A DNA stretch of 64,000 nucleotides, taken from the NCBI GenBank assembly GCA_963804995.1, contig CAWDSK010000006.1, positions 960,001-1,024,000 of the forward strand. Reading direction: 5' to 3'. Shown in pieces: positions 33,971 through 45,736 of the stretch. How positions within the stretch are numbered: position 1 is the first letter of the stretch; each line of letters starts with the position of its first letter. The position numbers and the translations under genes were made by a program. This DNA comes from an uncultured Acidobacteriota bacterium (GTDB taxonomy: Bacteria; Acidobacteriota; Terriglobia; UBA7540). Below the pieces are notes generated by a model. It ran no database searches and had not been told where the DNA came from. It saw only the letters and a list, made by a program, of their open reading frames with translations.

Positions 33971-34925
33971 AAACATTTTGTTTGCCGCCCCGGAGGGCAA
34001 TAGTAATCCACGCAACCGTCAGCACACTTTCAAAGAACCGGTTCTGCGCGTAAAGTTCATTGAGAGCGGGCGCAAGGGGAGGCGCCTCGCGTCCATAAGC
34101 CGTCAAACAACGGTGCGCCAAGGCGAGCGACGCTGCCCCGCGAATCCGCCGGTATTCGCGCTCGAGCCAGTCAAGGCTCATTTGATTCTCCGCGCGCTCA
34201 GCCGCATCAATCAACGCCAGCAACGCCCAAGCCGTCGGGCCCACCCGAGGCACGCCAGCCACGCCATAGACCAGCGGGTTTCCGCTATTCCACCCGCCTC
34301 CGGGGCACATGCGATCATAAAGCATCCGCTCCGCCAGCCGCCGACGTTTTACCGCCACGGGAGGAAGCATCTCCGCCGGCAAGTTGCGCAGCAGCAGGAG
34401 AGCGTACGCAGTAGGTTCAACCCAGCTTGCCGTGCCGGGAGTCCAGCTCCAGCCACGCAGCGAAGTGTCCTGACGGACCACACTCGACCGCCCCAGCGCC
34501 TGGTGGAGTCGCCACCAAAGGCCACCTTCAGCCGGCCAGGCCTTCAGGACCCAACCGAGTCCGCGCCCCACTGCTTCTGGCAGACTGCCGTGAGAATGCA
34601 GCGCCAACGACGCGAGCGAAGTGGTCCAGCACCCTTGCCGCTGGCCGGGAAAGGCAGGCCAGGAGCCATCGGGCAGTTGGGCGCGTAGAAGCCAGTCACA
34701 GGCCCGGTCACAGGGTTCTTTAGCAGGTAACGAAGTAAGCGCCAGGAGGGCCCAGGACGTGGCTTCCACGCTGCTCGGAGAGGTAGGGTGATAGCCCCAT
34801 CCGCCGTCGGGGTTTTGGTGGGTGATGAGGAAATGCTTCGAAGCGGTGTCCGTGATTGGGGCGGAAGTCAAACCTTCCTGACGCGCCTCCGACCCCCCAT
34901 TTTCTGCGGACAACATACGGTCCAA
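33966..34925 (-). CDS. Prenyltransferase/squalene-oxidase (QW-like) repeat protein
   Basis: QNPDGGWGY, QLPDGSW, GWSWTPGTASWVEPT and GGWNSGN repeats. Confidence 0.8.
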   Translation of the reverse strand: MDRMLSAENGGSEARQEGLTSAPITDTASKHFLITHQNPDGGWGYHPTSPSSVEATSWALLALTSLPAKEPCDRACDWLLRAQLPDGSWPAFPGQRQGCWTTSLASLALHSHGSLPEAVGRGLGWVLKAWPAEGGLWWRLHQALGRSSVVRQDTSLRGWSWTPGTASWVEPTAYALLLLRNLPAEMLPPVAVKRRRLAERMLYDRMCPGGGWNSGNPLVYGVAGVPRVGPTAWALLALIDAAERAENQMSLDWLEREYRRIRGAASLALAHRCLTAYGREAPPLAPALNELYAQNRFFESVLTVAWITIALRGGKQNVS

Positions 34926-35056
34926 TCGTTAGGTCGGGTTCTACATGATAATGTTTTGCGCATGAAGTGCCGCGGACCTCAACAGCGGAGGTCCGCGCTA
35001 CGCTCGCTGTCATCCGCAGGGTGTGCCTCGCCGCCGGCGCCCCGCCAGGTCCAGCC

Positions 35057-35584
35057 TTACTGCGCAATTACCATCGTTGAGGTGCTGTTAATGTTGAACG
35101 TCGATACGGGCAGAAAAGCGAACATAAATTTGAAAGCATAGGTCAACTGCACCTGGACCGGGCATCCGGGGCTCTTGGCTATGCACGTATTGCCGAAAGG
35201 CGACGTGGTAAGCCAAGTTGTATTCACCGTCAGGGAACTTGTATTGATTCCGGGCGGCGTAATGCTGTACACGTAGTTCTGAACGTCCCCTGCTGCGGCC
35301 TTGCAGTCGAAACTTGTCGCCCAGGGCGAGCTGCAAGTGGCCGTCCAAGTTGACCCTCTGACCGACGCCCAACGGGCCCCCTCACGCGCGGCGTTGGACA
35401 GGTGGTGATAGGTATAAAGAAAGCGCGAGAAATCCATAATCCCGAACAGGAAGGTCAGAAATAACACCAGCACGAAGGCAAACTCCACGAGCGTCGCGCC
35501 CTCGCGGCCGCGGGCGCCTCTCATCCCTCTCCTAAGCCAAGCCCATCGCCCTGTGGGCGGTCGTTCCATTACTTTCCTCCCCAA
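35057..35584 (-). CDS. tadE: TadE family pseudopilin
   Basis: G|ATLVEFA and NAAREGAR motifs. Confidence 0.88.
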   Translation of the reverse strand: MGRKVMERPPTGRWAWLRRGMRGARGREGATLVEFAFVLVLFLTFLFGIMDFSRFLYTYHHLSNAAREGARWASVRGSTWTATCSSPWATSFDCKAAAGDVQNYVYSITPPGINTSSLTVNTTWLTTSPFGNTCIAKSPGCPVQVQLTYAFKFMFAFLPVSTFNINSTSTMVIAQ

Positions 35585-36106
35585 CTATTGTGTCGCGCGC
35601 ATCTTCGCACTGCCGGTCAGGGCAAAGCTTGAAGGAATACCCGGCCAGTGAAACATAGTATTGTAGGTGTACGAGGTCGTCACTTTCACGTAGCTCACCA
35701 CGGTGGCGCCACCGGTGCAGGTCGGTTGGGTTGCACAACTCGCCGACGCTGTTCCGGAAAGATCAGAACATTCACACCCGTAAGTCGCCACGGGGCTCAC
35801 CCCCGCGGATATGTCATGCGCATCATTGTTGGCCGCAGTGGTCATCCCGGTTGTGTCGCTGGGGTATTGCGTGCCGTACTCGGCGCCGGCATAGGCGGCG
35901 TTTGTGACCTCAATGCTCAGGTAATAAGCGCGACCAAAGTCGATGACCCCCAAGAGCAAAAATGAGAGGAGCGGCAGCAGGAAGGCCAACTCCACCAAGC
36001 TCGATCCGCGTTCCGTCCCGGTCAGGGCAATTAGCGGGGCCACAACCCGTCCGCCTAATCGAGACAGCAACCCACGTTTTAAGGGCATTTTCTCGGACAT
36101 GCTCAC
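35585..36106 (-). CDS. TadE/TadF family pseudopilin
   Basis: G|SSLVELA, DFGRAY and NAAYAGA motifs. Confidence 0.88.
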   Translation of the reverse strand: MSMSEKMPLKRGLLSRLGGRVVAPLIALTGTERGSSLVELAFLLPLLSFLLLGVIDFGRAYYLSIEVTNAAYAGAEYGTQYPSDTTGMTTAANNDAHDISAGVSPVATYGCECSDLSGTASASCATQPTCTGGATVVSYVKVTTSYTYNTMFHWPGIPSSFALTGSAKMRATQ

Positions 36107-37377
36107 TCCCCCAGCGAGACGATCTTCACGGGTGACGCTCCAGCGGAGGGGGCACCGTATGTACCATTTCCGGGCAAACTGACAGAGTCTGCGAGAAGAA
36201 TGGTGTATGTAGCGCTCTTGTTATAGTTGACCGTTGTCCCACCTATCGTCAAGTTCGCGCCTGGAAAGTAGAGGGCCCCCGTGAAATAAGAGGCGTCCGC
36301 ACCTCCGAATGTCGCATCATTGGTGTTACTTGAGGGCTGCCAGAACAAAATCCCATAAAGAGAATTACTTTTGTCCGTGGGGGCCGCGAACTGGACTGTG
36401 CCACTTGTGACTCCACCCTCAATACTAACCGTCCCTCCGGAAACGTAAAACGTAACACCCGTGCCGCTCGCGGTGGTGGATGCACCTGAAATCGTGATGC
36501 CATTCTTGAGATAATATGTGCCGGCCGCAAAATTCGCGGTTCCACTCGTGATCGAAAGTGTGCTGGAATAGAGGCCTGCCGTACACGAGGTGGTAGAACC
36601 AACGGTAGTACAGGCCCCGGCAGAGGGGAGTGATGGGGCCGTCAAATACGCCAACGGGTCGGGGACCGGCGGCGAATTGTCTACCTCCGAATCCGTGAAG
36701 AAACAAGAGCCCGTAGTGTGCGATGCACCAAATTTAATGGCTTCGAAAGTCACCACTTTGGGCCCTTTAGTACAATGCACGGCATTAGGGAAATTGGAGT
36801 TCACAATTACTGTACAATTAGGGAAGTCCACCTCACTGGCGCTGATATCCAATGTCTTATGGCCATTCAGAGAGAGAGCATATAGGCAGTCGGTAGTATT
36901 TGCTAATCCCGCTTCCCCGCGAGCGCTGATTGTGAGCGACTGGAAGCCGAGAACTTTGGCAAAATTTGTCGATACTTTTTGGGCAACGATGGCCTCGACA
37001 TAGTTCGCGTCACCGTTGTGCGGATCGGTGAATCCCAGCGTTGCCCCGCAACTTGGCCCATTCTTGACGGTAAGGTTCGTCGCGCCCAAGGTCGGAGCAG
37101 GGGTGCAACTGGTGTCCGCGGTGGGACTGGTAATCCCATTCTCAACCAAAGCCTTGGTGGCGGCAGTGGTGAGAGTCGAACAATCTGCTGTACCCGCGCA
37201 GGCCTGGATCTCCTTCGCTCCCGCTATGGCCGCGGCATCCGCCAAAATCTGCATCTGTCGCTGCACGTAACGCATGTACCCGAGATCAATCCCCAGGCCC
37301 AAAAAACCCAAGAGAACAAACAGGCTGACAGCGACTAGTATCAGCGCCTGGCCCGTGTCACTTTTGCGCCTGTCCAT
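36103..37377 (-). CDS. TadG-like pilus assembly protein
   Basis: G|QALILVA..GLGIDLG..ADAAAIAGA Tad N-terminus followed by a beta-rich C-terminus. Confidence 0.85.
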   Translation of the reverse strand: MDRRKSDTGQALILVAVSLFVLLGFLGLGIDLGYMRYVQRQMQILADAAAIAGAKEIQACAGTADCSTLTTAATKALVENGITSPTADTSCTPAPTLGATNLTVKNGPSCGATLGFTDPHNGDANYVEAIVAQKVSTNFAKVLGFQSLTISARGEAGLANTTDCLYALSLNGHKTLDISASEVDFPNCTVIVNSNFPNAVHCTKGPKVVTFEAIKFGASHTTGSCFFTDSEVDNSPPVPDPLAYLTAPSLPSAGACTTVGSTTSCTAGLYSSTLSITSGTANFAAGTYYLKNGITISGASTTASGTGVTFYVSGGTVSIEGGVTSGTVQFAAPTDKSNSLYGILFWQPSSNTNDATFGGADASYFTGALYFPGANLTIGGTTVNYNKSATYTILLADSVSLPGNGTYGAPSAGASPVKIVSLGE

Positions 37378-37766
37378 TTTATTCACCCTCGTTGCTGCAA
37401 TATATTCCCTGACCTTCCTCATATTATACAACAGGTCGAATTGTCTGCCAACAGGTTTGAGCGTTAGTGCTTGTGTGGTGTCCCGGTTAATATTTGACAA
37501 GGCTGTCCGACCCCCTCACCCCCCAGCCCCTCTGTCGCCGCGGCGACCGAGGGGAGAGTTGAACTTACTCCCTCGGTCGCCGCGGCGACAGAGGGTGGCC
37601 CGCCGCCGGCGTTTTCATCAGCCGGGGCGGGACGGGTGAGGGGGTTGCCCTGGAACCCATTGAGACTTTATCAGCGAACTTCTGACTCAGGACGATAACC
37701 AAAAGTGTACACTCTACGCAGTTTGATCGTTCGTTACGGGACTCGTGGGGCTTGAAATTCCTTATT

Positions 37767-38234
37767 TCACCGGTCGTCCTTCTCGTGCTCCGGTGCGCAG
37801 TCTGGACAGAAACGCCCCCCACTAAAGATTTGCTTTCCGCACGCCATGCAGACCCACGATCGCGCACCCTGCGTGGGCGTCAGTTTGCGGAGGCCGGCTT
37901 GTGCCTGCGGAGAATCAATCGGGACGATGCGCTTGCTCCCACAGCGCGCGCATCCTTGATAGCGGCCCGACAGTCTCCAGAGGGAATAGAAAGCACCCGG
38001 AAGGAGAAAGAGGAGCCATGCCCCAAGTTCCGTATGGAATGTTTCCGGCCTGAAGCGCTCCAAAAGGGTCGCGACGGAATAGTTACCTCCCAGAGACTGA
38101 ACCGCCAGACTCCAAGCCAAAAAGATAACTACCGGAATGAGAAAAAGGAGCCATAGCGCAACTTCCATTCGGAATGTGCCCGGCATCTGCCCTTTTGGCG
38201 TCCCCGCCGAGTCACAATCAAGGCAGTAGTTCAT
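37767..38234 (-). CDS. Membrane protein with zinc-ribbon motifs
   Basis: CLDC, two TM helices, CARC, CMAC..CPDC. Confidence 0.6.
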   Translation of the reverse strand: MNYCLDCDSAGTPKGQMPGTFRMEVALWLLFLIPVVIFLAWSLAVQSLGGNYSVATLLERFRPETFHTELGAWLLFLLPGAFYSLWRLSGRYQGCARCGSKRIVPIDSPQAQAGLRKLTPTQGARSWVCMACGKQIFSGGRFCPDCAPEHEKDDR

Positions 38235-38379
38235 AGGCCTTTGCCTCCTTGCTCCAACGGAAAAGACAGAGTTGCACTGCACAGACTCAAAGCGTAATAC
38301 CAGAATACCAGAAAGTTCGAAGAAACGCTTGTTTTGTCTTGTCGTGGTAGTGACGCATTTTGAGGCGCCACGGGCGGGA

Positions 38380-38519
38380 GAAGCTGTGAAGAAATCCCTG
38401 AACGAACAAAAGCATCTCGCGCAGAGACGCAGAGGCGCAGAGAAAACAAATCAGTTATTTACTTAAAATCTCTGCGTCTCAGCGGCTCTGCGCGAGATTA
38501 CCTATTTTTTCACAGCTTC
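38380..38519. repeat. MITE-like inverted repeat with internal CGCAGAG repeats
   Basis: gaagctgtgaa ... ttcacagcttc ends enclosing an atctcgcgcagag ... ctctgcgcgagat stem. Confidence 0.65.
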
Positions 38520-38782
38520 GGACGCCTTTACGCACAGTGCTGAGCTAATGGTTTTTGAATTTATAAGTTGTAAATTGTTCCGACGCCCCGCGCGTGTGAG
38601 TAACCCCTCATCCGTCCTCCTACGTCGGCCACCTTCTCCCGCCACGGCGGATCTGCGACCCCTGGGAGAAGGCTGGGATTTACGGTGCCTAGCCCTCTCC
38701 GAGGGGAGAGGGTGGACCGCCGCCGGCGTTCTCACCAGCCGGGGCGGGACGGGTGAGGGGTCTCGTGGGCGCTTGAGAGTTC

Positions 38783-40604
38783 TCAATAGCTCCCCGGGAC
38801 GAGGGCGGGAATACCCACCAGAATTTCCACGGCCACCGGCTTCCCCGACTGGAGAGCCGGACGAAATTTCCAGCGGGCAAAAGCCGCCATGGCTGCTTCG
38901 TTAAAGGTCGGCTCCACACTTTGGATAACCTCGAGATCACTTACCGTGCCATCCTCATGAATCATTCCATGCAGGACAACCATCGTATAGGCAGGGTCAG
39001 TGGTAAGGGGCGGGCGGTGAAAATCAAACTGGCCCACCGCGTCCGGGGGTGTGAGTGGCGGTTGCATATGAACATCAACCACCCGGGAAGCGGGCGCGGG
39101 CTTTGGGGTTTCGTCGTGAGCACAGAATTGTAAGATCCAGCTCTTGCCCGGCATGGTCAAGTAGACCGTATAAACCTTCCCCCCATGCAGCACGCCGTAG
39201 ATTCGCAGTCCGCCACCACCCCCCGCCCCACTGCTCACTACAAAGCCAGTCGCCCGGGCCTTCAGAATCCGCGGGATTCACGGGATAGACTAAGGACTGG
39301 ACGTCAAGAGGTGGAAGGGTTCCCCCCGCCGCGCCTCCTGGCCCGCCCGTAAGATTGGTAACGCTAAGCGACCCTGCGGGGGTGACCGAACCTGGGGCTC
39401 CTCCGCCCCCTGCCCCACCCTTACCGACGGCCACACTCTTATCGCCGCCCAAGCCCGGCCCACCTTTGCCGGCGCCCAGTTCGCCTCCTGGGACGCCACC
39501 CGGTGATCCCGGCCCGCCCCCTGCCGGTCCAATTGCGAACGCCCCCTCAGCATTGCCGGCCGGGATGGAGGGCATATCCTTCAAAGGAATCGGATCAATG
39601 CTCAGGGTGGTCAACTGCGCGGTTCCCGGATGCTTTTCGCCGTCCGGCGAGGCGGCGTTCGCAGTGTTGGTTTCAGGCGTGGGTGCGGCAGAGACAGGAA
39701 CTTCCGGCCCAGGAGGCGTGGCATTCTTTGCGGGTGGAGGAGACGGACCGGCCTGGACCTCAAGATGCGGCGCAGGAATGGGAGGAAGCTTGGAAGCCAA
39801 ATCGAGCTCCGTCAGTGGTACGAGGTCAGGCGGAAGCACCAGCTTGGGTTTCAGGGCCGCCGTGGGCGGTTCAGCGTGCGGAGCCGGCGGTGCGGGTTTG
39901 GGAAGCTTGGGAGGCGCCGGCGGGGGTTGCGGTAACGGCGTCAAGCTTCCTAAAATCAGATTGGGAACGCGCAGGTCCTTGGGAAGTTTCAAGGTCGGTG
40001 GGACAGCCGGATTATGAACGGTGAAGCGGAGATTGTCAGGATGCGCGGGATTGGAGATGATCGAGACGCGCGGATCGAAATGAGTGACGCCTAGCCTAGG
40101 CTTGGCCTCAGGCTTCTCTCCTTGCCCGGGAGCCCCTCCCAGATCGGGTGGACGCAGGTCGGGAAGGCGGGGCGGAAGGGACAACCCGTGAAATTCGATC
40201 GCGACCACGTTCATGTGTGTATTCTTGACTTCCTGAGGCGGCAGGAACCGGTGGAAAAGATCACTAAAAGGTACGCTGTAGCAGAAGTAGACAACGGAGA
40301 TATGAAACAGGAGTGAGGTCAGGTGGGCAGGCGTCGAGCGGCGGGTCTTGGGCCAGGTGGCGCCTTCCCGCAGCAGGACGGGGCAGGCAGGTGGGTCAAC
40401 TTCCCAGAACTCGGACCAAGCCTCCGCGAACGATCTGTGGCCGTACCTGCCAGAAAGAAGCCGGGAATGCTCCGGTAGCAAATCCACACTGATCGTGACG
40501 CCGTGGCGAGTGACCACAGCCGCAGGTTTGGCGGACCCGCCGTCACTTCCATCCGGCCTCGGGTTAGGCTTATCGATCCCCGTCGGGCTGGAAGGATCAC
40601 TCAC
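38783..40604 (-). CDS. TonB family energy transducer (frameshift near 39250)
   Basis: TM anchor, Pro/Gly-rich linker and TonB C-domain (IHEDGTV..WKFRPA..GKPVAV). Confidence 0.75.
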
Positions 40605-41131
40605 TTCTTCTTTCCCAGGCGCAGAACCAGGCCCGCCGAAAGGCGAATGTTATCCTGACGAGTGTTGCTGAAACGGGTCATGAGGTAATCCGCCTGGATC
40701 AAGCGCAAGGCCACGCGGTCATTGATCCGCAAATCCACCCCACCACCCGTGTACACCCCGAAGCGTTCTTCCGGCTTTGATATGTTGAGGTATTCAGGCC
40801 CTCCCCGCACGACTCCGAGCAAGACATGGCCGAACGGAACGATGCTCTTGTTCTTACGGTATGAGAACACCGGGCCGTACGTCAAGGTTTGCATGTTGGT
40901 TTTGAATCCAGCCTCAGTCCCGAAATGGTAGCTGAAATCGACCGCGCCGCCGAACCAGGAGTTGAGGTTCTCGGCGGCTGAAACAGCCACTCCGTTCAAG
41001 TTGAAGCTGGTGTTATTCAGATTCGCTGTCAGGTTCGAGTATCCGCCAAAAACTTCGACCCTGGGTGTCTCTTGCGCCCAAGCAGAAATCGTCAGCATCA
41101 ACAGCGGCAACAAGATCAGAGCCCTTCGCAT
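40601..41131 (-). CDS. Small outer membrane beta-barrel protein
   Basis: Signal peptide; EVFGGYS, GGGVD and QDNIRLSAGLV motifs. Confidence 0.8.
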   Translation of the reverse strand: MRRALILLPLLMLTISAWAQETPRVEVFGGYSNLTANLNNTSFNLNGVAVSAAENLNSWFGGAVDFSYHFGTEAGFKTNMQTLTYGPVFSYRKNKSIVPFGHVLLGVVRGGPEYLNISKPEERFGVYTGGGVDLRINDRVALRLIQADYLMTRFSNTRQDNIRLSAGLVLRLGKKK

Positions 41132-41311
41132 GTAGCCTCCCCCTCATGGGCGGAATTGAACGGGGCGCCAGTCTCTCCTAAAGACACTGGAACCCGTCGT
41201 GTGAAACCTCGGGGTGAACCCCACCTTCGAGCAGCCTAAGGTGGGACTGTCACTATCTCACCACTGGCCGCCAATTTTCGGCTCACCCTTGGAACCGTAG
41301 TGCCAAATTCG

Positions 41312-41400
41312 GTGCTGTCCTAATCTGAAATGTAGCGCCGGCTTCCAGCCGGCATTGAGCCCCGATGAATCGGGGCGCTACGTTCAAATTAGGACAGCAC
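41312..41400. repeat. Inverted-repeat element with GTAG/CTAC core
   Basis: gtgctgtcctaat ... attaggacagcac 13-bp perfect ends with internal hairpins. Confidence 0.75.
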
Positions 41401-41407
41401 CCCAAAT

Positions 41408-44400
41408 TCATTGGACGGTCACGCTCACGGTTGCCGAATGCGAGAAATTTCCAACCGACCCAACTACCATGACGTTATAAGTACCTGCAGGCGTGCCCGT
41501 CGGATTCACATAAGCCGTACCTCCACCTCCACAAGCCGCGAGGCCCGTCAAGAGGAGCAAGGTGAGAGCCAAAGCCACCGTGGCCCAGCGCAAGCGGTTC
41601 TTCCGCACCATGCTCCATAACCCCATTAAAGCCGCCAACATCAACCAGACCTCCAGGCGCAGGGCCAACCCCGGCCCCTGCGGCCAGGGATGGCCACCGG
41701 GCGGGACAGCGGTGCGTCGCGTGGTGCGGATCACCATAGTGGAAGTCGCCGGACTGACACCATTCAGCGTCGGTGCGGAGGGCGAGGCCGCGCAAGTCGC
41801 TGCCCCGGGTAGACCACTGCAACTGAGCGTCACCTGGGCGTTGTACCCGAACAGGGGGGTCAACGTCACGGTGAGGTTGGTGGAATTCCCGGCCACCACC
41901 GTGACCGTTGTGGGAGTCACCGCCAAGCTGAAATCAGAACCGGAACCGCCCAGAGAGACCACTTGCGGGCTGTTAGGGGCATTGTCCGTGATGGTTAAGG
42001 TCCCCGTCCGCGTACCGACCGCCGTGGGGGTGAACAAGACGCTAATCGTGCAGGTGTTTCCGGCTGCAAGGCTCTGCGGACAGGTGTTGGTCTGGGAAAA
42101 GTCGCCCGTGACGGCAATGTTGGAGATGGTCAAGGGAGACGCCCCGGTGCTCGTCAGGGTAACCGTTTGAGCAGCGCTCGTGGTGCCCGAGGATTGGGAA
42201 CCAAATGTCAAACTGGAAGTCGAAACGGAAGCTCCAGGCTGGATGACTCCTGTGCCGGTTAGCAGCACGATCTGAGGGCTATTGGAAGCGTTGTCGGTAA
42301 GGGTGAGCGACCCCACACTCGTGCCCGGCGCACTGGGCGTGAAAATGACGGTGATCGTGCAATTCGACGGCGGTGAAGTAGGTTGGAGAGGCGCCCCACA
42401 GGCGTTGGTCTTAACCGCAAAATCACCGCTCGCAATCACGCTGGTTATGTTCAGCGCCGCCGTACCGGTGTTGGTCACCGTAAGGTACTGGGGCGCGCTG
42501 GCCACATTGACGGCTTGATTACCAAAAGGCAGGCTGGTGGCTGACAGGACGACCGTGGGCAATGTCCCGCCCGTGCCTGACAAATCCACTACCTGCGTGC
42601 TGTTGGGAGCGGGCAGGTTATCCGTAATCGTGATATGGGCCGTGCGGGTTCCCACCGCTTGAGGAGTGAAGGTCACAGTAATAGTACACTGACCCAAAGC
42701 GGGCACGGAACCGTCGCACGTATTATTCTGTGAAAAATCACTGGTGTCGGCGCCCGTGAGCACAATACTGGAGATCGTCAGTGCCGTGTTTCCGCCGTTG
42801 GTGAGGGTTACGGTCTGGGAGGGCACACTCGTCGTATTGACCGCCTGGATGGGGAAGGTCAGACCCGCCGGACTGAGCTCAACTCCGCCCGAAGGGACGA
42901 TTTTCGATATAAAGGCATCGCAGTTACCTCCCGGGGTAGCCTGCAAGGGGTTCGCAAGGGGGAAGTCCAGGGAACACGTTTCCCCCGTAACGTACGCTCC
43001 GCCATTAACATCGATCGCAATGCCCGCGCCGGTATCCGTGTTGCTGCCGCCGAGGAAAGTGGAGTAAACCAACGAAGCGCCTGTCGGGTTCAGTTCGGTG
43101 ACAAACGCATCGGCGTTCCCGCCGCCAAAGTTGGGCTGAAAGACCGCACCATGGATTGGGAAATTGGTGGAAACCGTCGAGCCGGTCACATAAGCGTTTC
43201 CACTGCTGTTGACAGCAATGCCCGCCGCCGAGTCAGCAAGGGAGCCACCCAGATAGGTGAAATAGACGAGCGAGGCCGCACCACTCAAGGTGGGATTGAA
43301 CTTGGCCACCATGGCGTCGCCCTCGCAAACGCCCAAGGTGTCAAGCGCACAGTCGGCCTGAAACGCTCCTGCCGGCGCCGTAAACCCCAGGCTGCTGGCG
43401 ATGGAGGTCGTGCCCCCCGCGACATAGGCGTTGCCACTTGCGTCCACCGCGACACTGTTGCCTTGATCCAGCCCGCTGCCACCCAGGTAGGTTGAGTAAA
43501 GCAGGGAAGACTGCCCCGTGCCGTTCGTGTTGACTTTGCTCAGGAAGGCGTCACCTGCTCCGGCATACACGTTCTGCAAGGGTGCATGCGGTGAGGTGTA
43601 AGTTATCGTATCGGTGAGGGGAAAGTTGGATGAATAGGTAAGGCCGGTAGCATAGGCATTCGCGTGGGTATCAACCGCAATGCCATACCCGACGTCTTCG
43701 TTGCTACCGCCGAGATAGCTGGAATAGAGGATTCCGGAACCTGTGGCCGAAATTTTGGTGAGGAAAGCGTTCGTGCTTCCCCCCCGAACGTCGCTTGAAA
43801 ACCCCCGACAATAGGAAAGGGGGGTGGAGGTAGAAGAGGCGCTACAATTGTAACCGTGGGAGTAATGTTTGCAGTGGTCGCGCCCGTTACATAGGCGTTC
43901 AAATCGCCATCTACGGCGATTCCCCGGCCCTCAACGTCCTCGTAATACCCGAGATAACTGGAATAGACCAAGGCCGACCCGGCGATGTTCAGCTTGGTGA
44001 CGAAAGCGTTGGAGACAATCAAGCCCTGGGGATTCCACGTGGCGCCACATTTGCCGTCCCCACCGCACAGGGGGTCAAACGAACCTGCGGTTACGGGAAA
44101 ATTAGTTGAGAGGGTCGTACCAGTCACAAAAGCTTCGCCCGCGGCATCCACCGCAATCGCGTTCGCCACATCCTGACTCGTGCCGCCCAGATAGGTCGAA
44201 TACAACAACGTGGAACCGTCCGCGCTCAGCTTGGCAACAAACGCATCCTGAGGAAAATCGTAGGGTCCACCGACGTTGGGCTGCAAGGCGTGGGCCGTGG
44301 GGAAATCCGCTGAGAAGGTCCCCCCCGCAATGAACGCGGTACCATCCGGAGCTACTGCGATACCATTGGCATAATCGATGTTGCTTCCCCCGAGGTACGT

Positions 44401-45229
44401 TGAATACGCCAAGACAGGATCGATCACCAGAGGCTGGCGCGTGTCATACGGCGCCAGACGAAACGAGACCTGGTTCCGACCTTGCAAAACATAACGAACC
44501 GGAACGGGACGCTCAACTCCGCCTGCCTTTTGATAGGCCACCGGCTGGCGGAATTGCAGTTCTCCGCCTGCGACCTTCACCAGCAGGTCACCCTGAGCAT
44601 CCGTGCGCACGCCCTGGATGCCCTCCAGTACAAACCGGATCTTGCGCGCATCGGCATGGGGAGCAAGCTCAAAGTCATATTCAAGCTGGCCCTGGTTCCC
44701 GTGGTAAACAAGATCAATCCCCGGATAGACGCCCGATGCGGCAACCCGTCCATAATTGGGAACCCCGGTGCGCCACTGGGAGGGGATCCTTTCCGATGAA
44801 GTAATTGCTCTTGCCAGGCTGCTCGTCCAGCGCCTTCAGGTTTGGAACTGAAGCGCCCTTCGCAAGGCGCATCGTCACCACGGCCGAGGATACCTTTCCG
44901 GCGTTGCTTTGCTTCCCGTCCCCTTGCCGCAAGACCAGCACAGCTTTCGTCGAGGTCAGGAAAAGAGTGTAGGCGCTTCCACGGGAAACAAACTTTACTT
45001 CCTGCCCTTCCGGACCTTTGACTTGGCCAACGTTCTTCTCAAAACTCAGTGGCCTCTTCGCGGATGCTGCCCGGACCCGCGCTTCGGCGGGCACGTCGGA
45101 ACGAGGAAGGGCCGAAGCAGTGTCACCCTTGGCGTAGACAGCCGTGTTTCCAGCAGCCAGCCAAAGCAGAGTAAGACCCGCTAGTAGCGAGGCAACCCGT
45201 AACCTACCGGTTTTCTCAAATCTGTGCAT
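41408..45229 (-). CDS. Large surface protein: SBBP beta-propeller repeats plus ASH/choice-of-anchor-D Ig domains (several frameshifts)
   Basis: ORFs 44714-45229, 43603-44610 and 41408-43579 carry YSTYLGGS repeats and TITDNAPNSPQ Ig repeats; C-terminal TM segment and GTPAGTY. Confidence 0.82.
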
Positions 45230-45736
45230 AGGATCTACCCATACCAGCTTTAGTGTCTGAATTTGACCCCTGCCCTCTCCAGCTTATGATGCGCTGGAAC
45301 CCAGGCCAGAATTGGCAATCCTGCGGCATCTTATTAGCAGGACTCCCGGCACTACAAATCTTTAACTTGTAAAACCAACTGCTCGGGTAACTCGAAGAAC
45401 CTGGCCAACTGCGTACTTGTCAATGCTTATTGTATGTACGATTCCTGCCAAATTGAACCGCGCAACTTCCTGGTTCCAGTTCGCAGGTTCAAACAATATG
45501 TGTGTGCACAGAATACACGAACTAAAACCCGTGCGCAATCACCTTCTTCTTTCACCTTCTTCTTTCGGAACCATCATTCGGAAAGGGTCATGCAGTTTGT
45601 CATTGGTACCGATCGTTTCGAACTGCCGGGCGGTCGCGCCTTAAGTGTCGATACAAGGAAAGAGCATCATTGGCTTTCTGGTGAGGGAGGTCGGTTGGCG
45701 CAGAGCGAAGCTCTGCGTCTGGAGTTTCTACATTTA

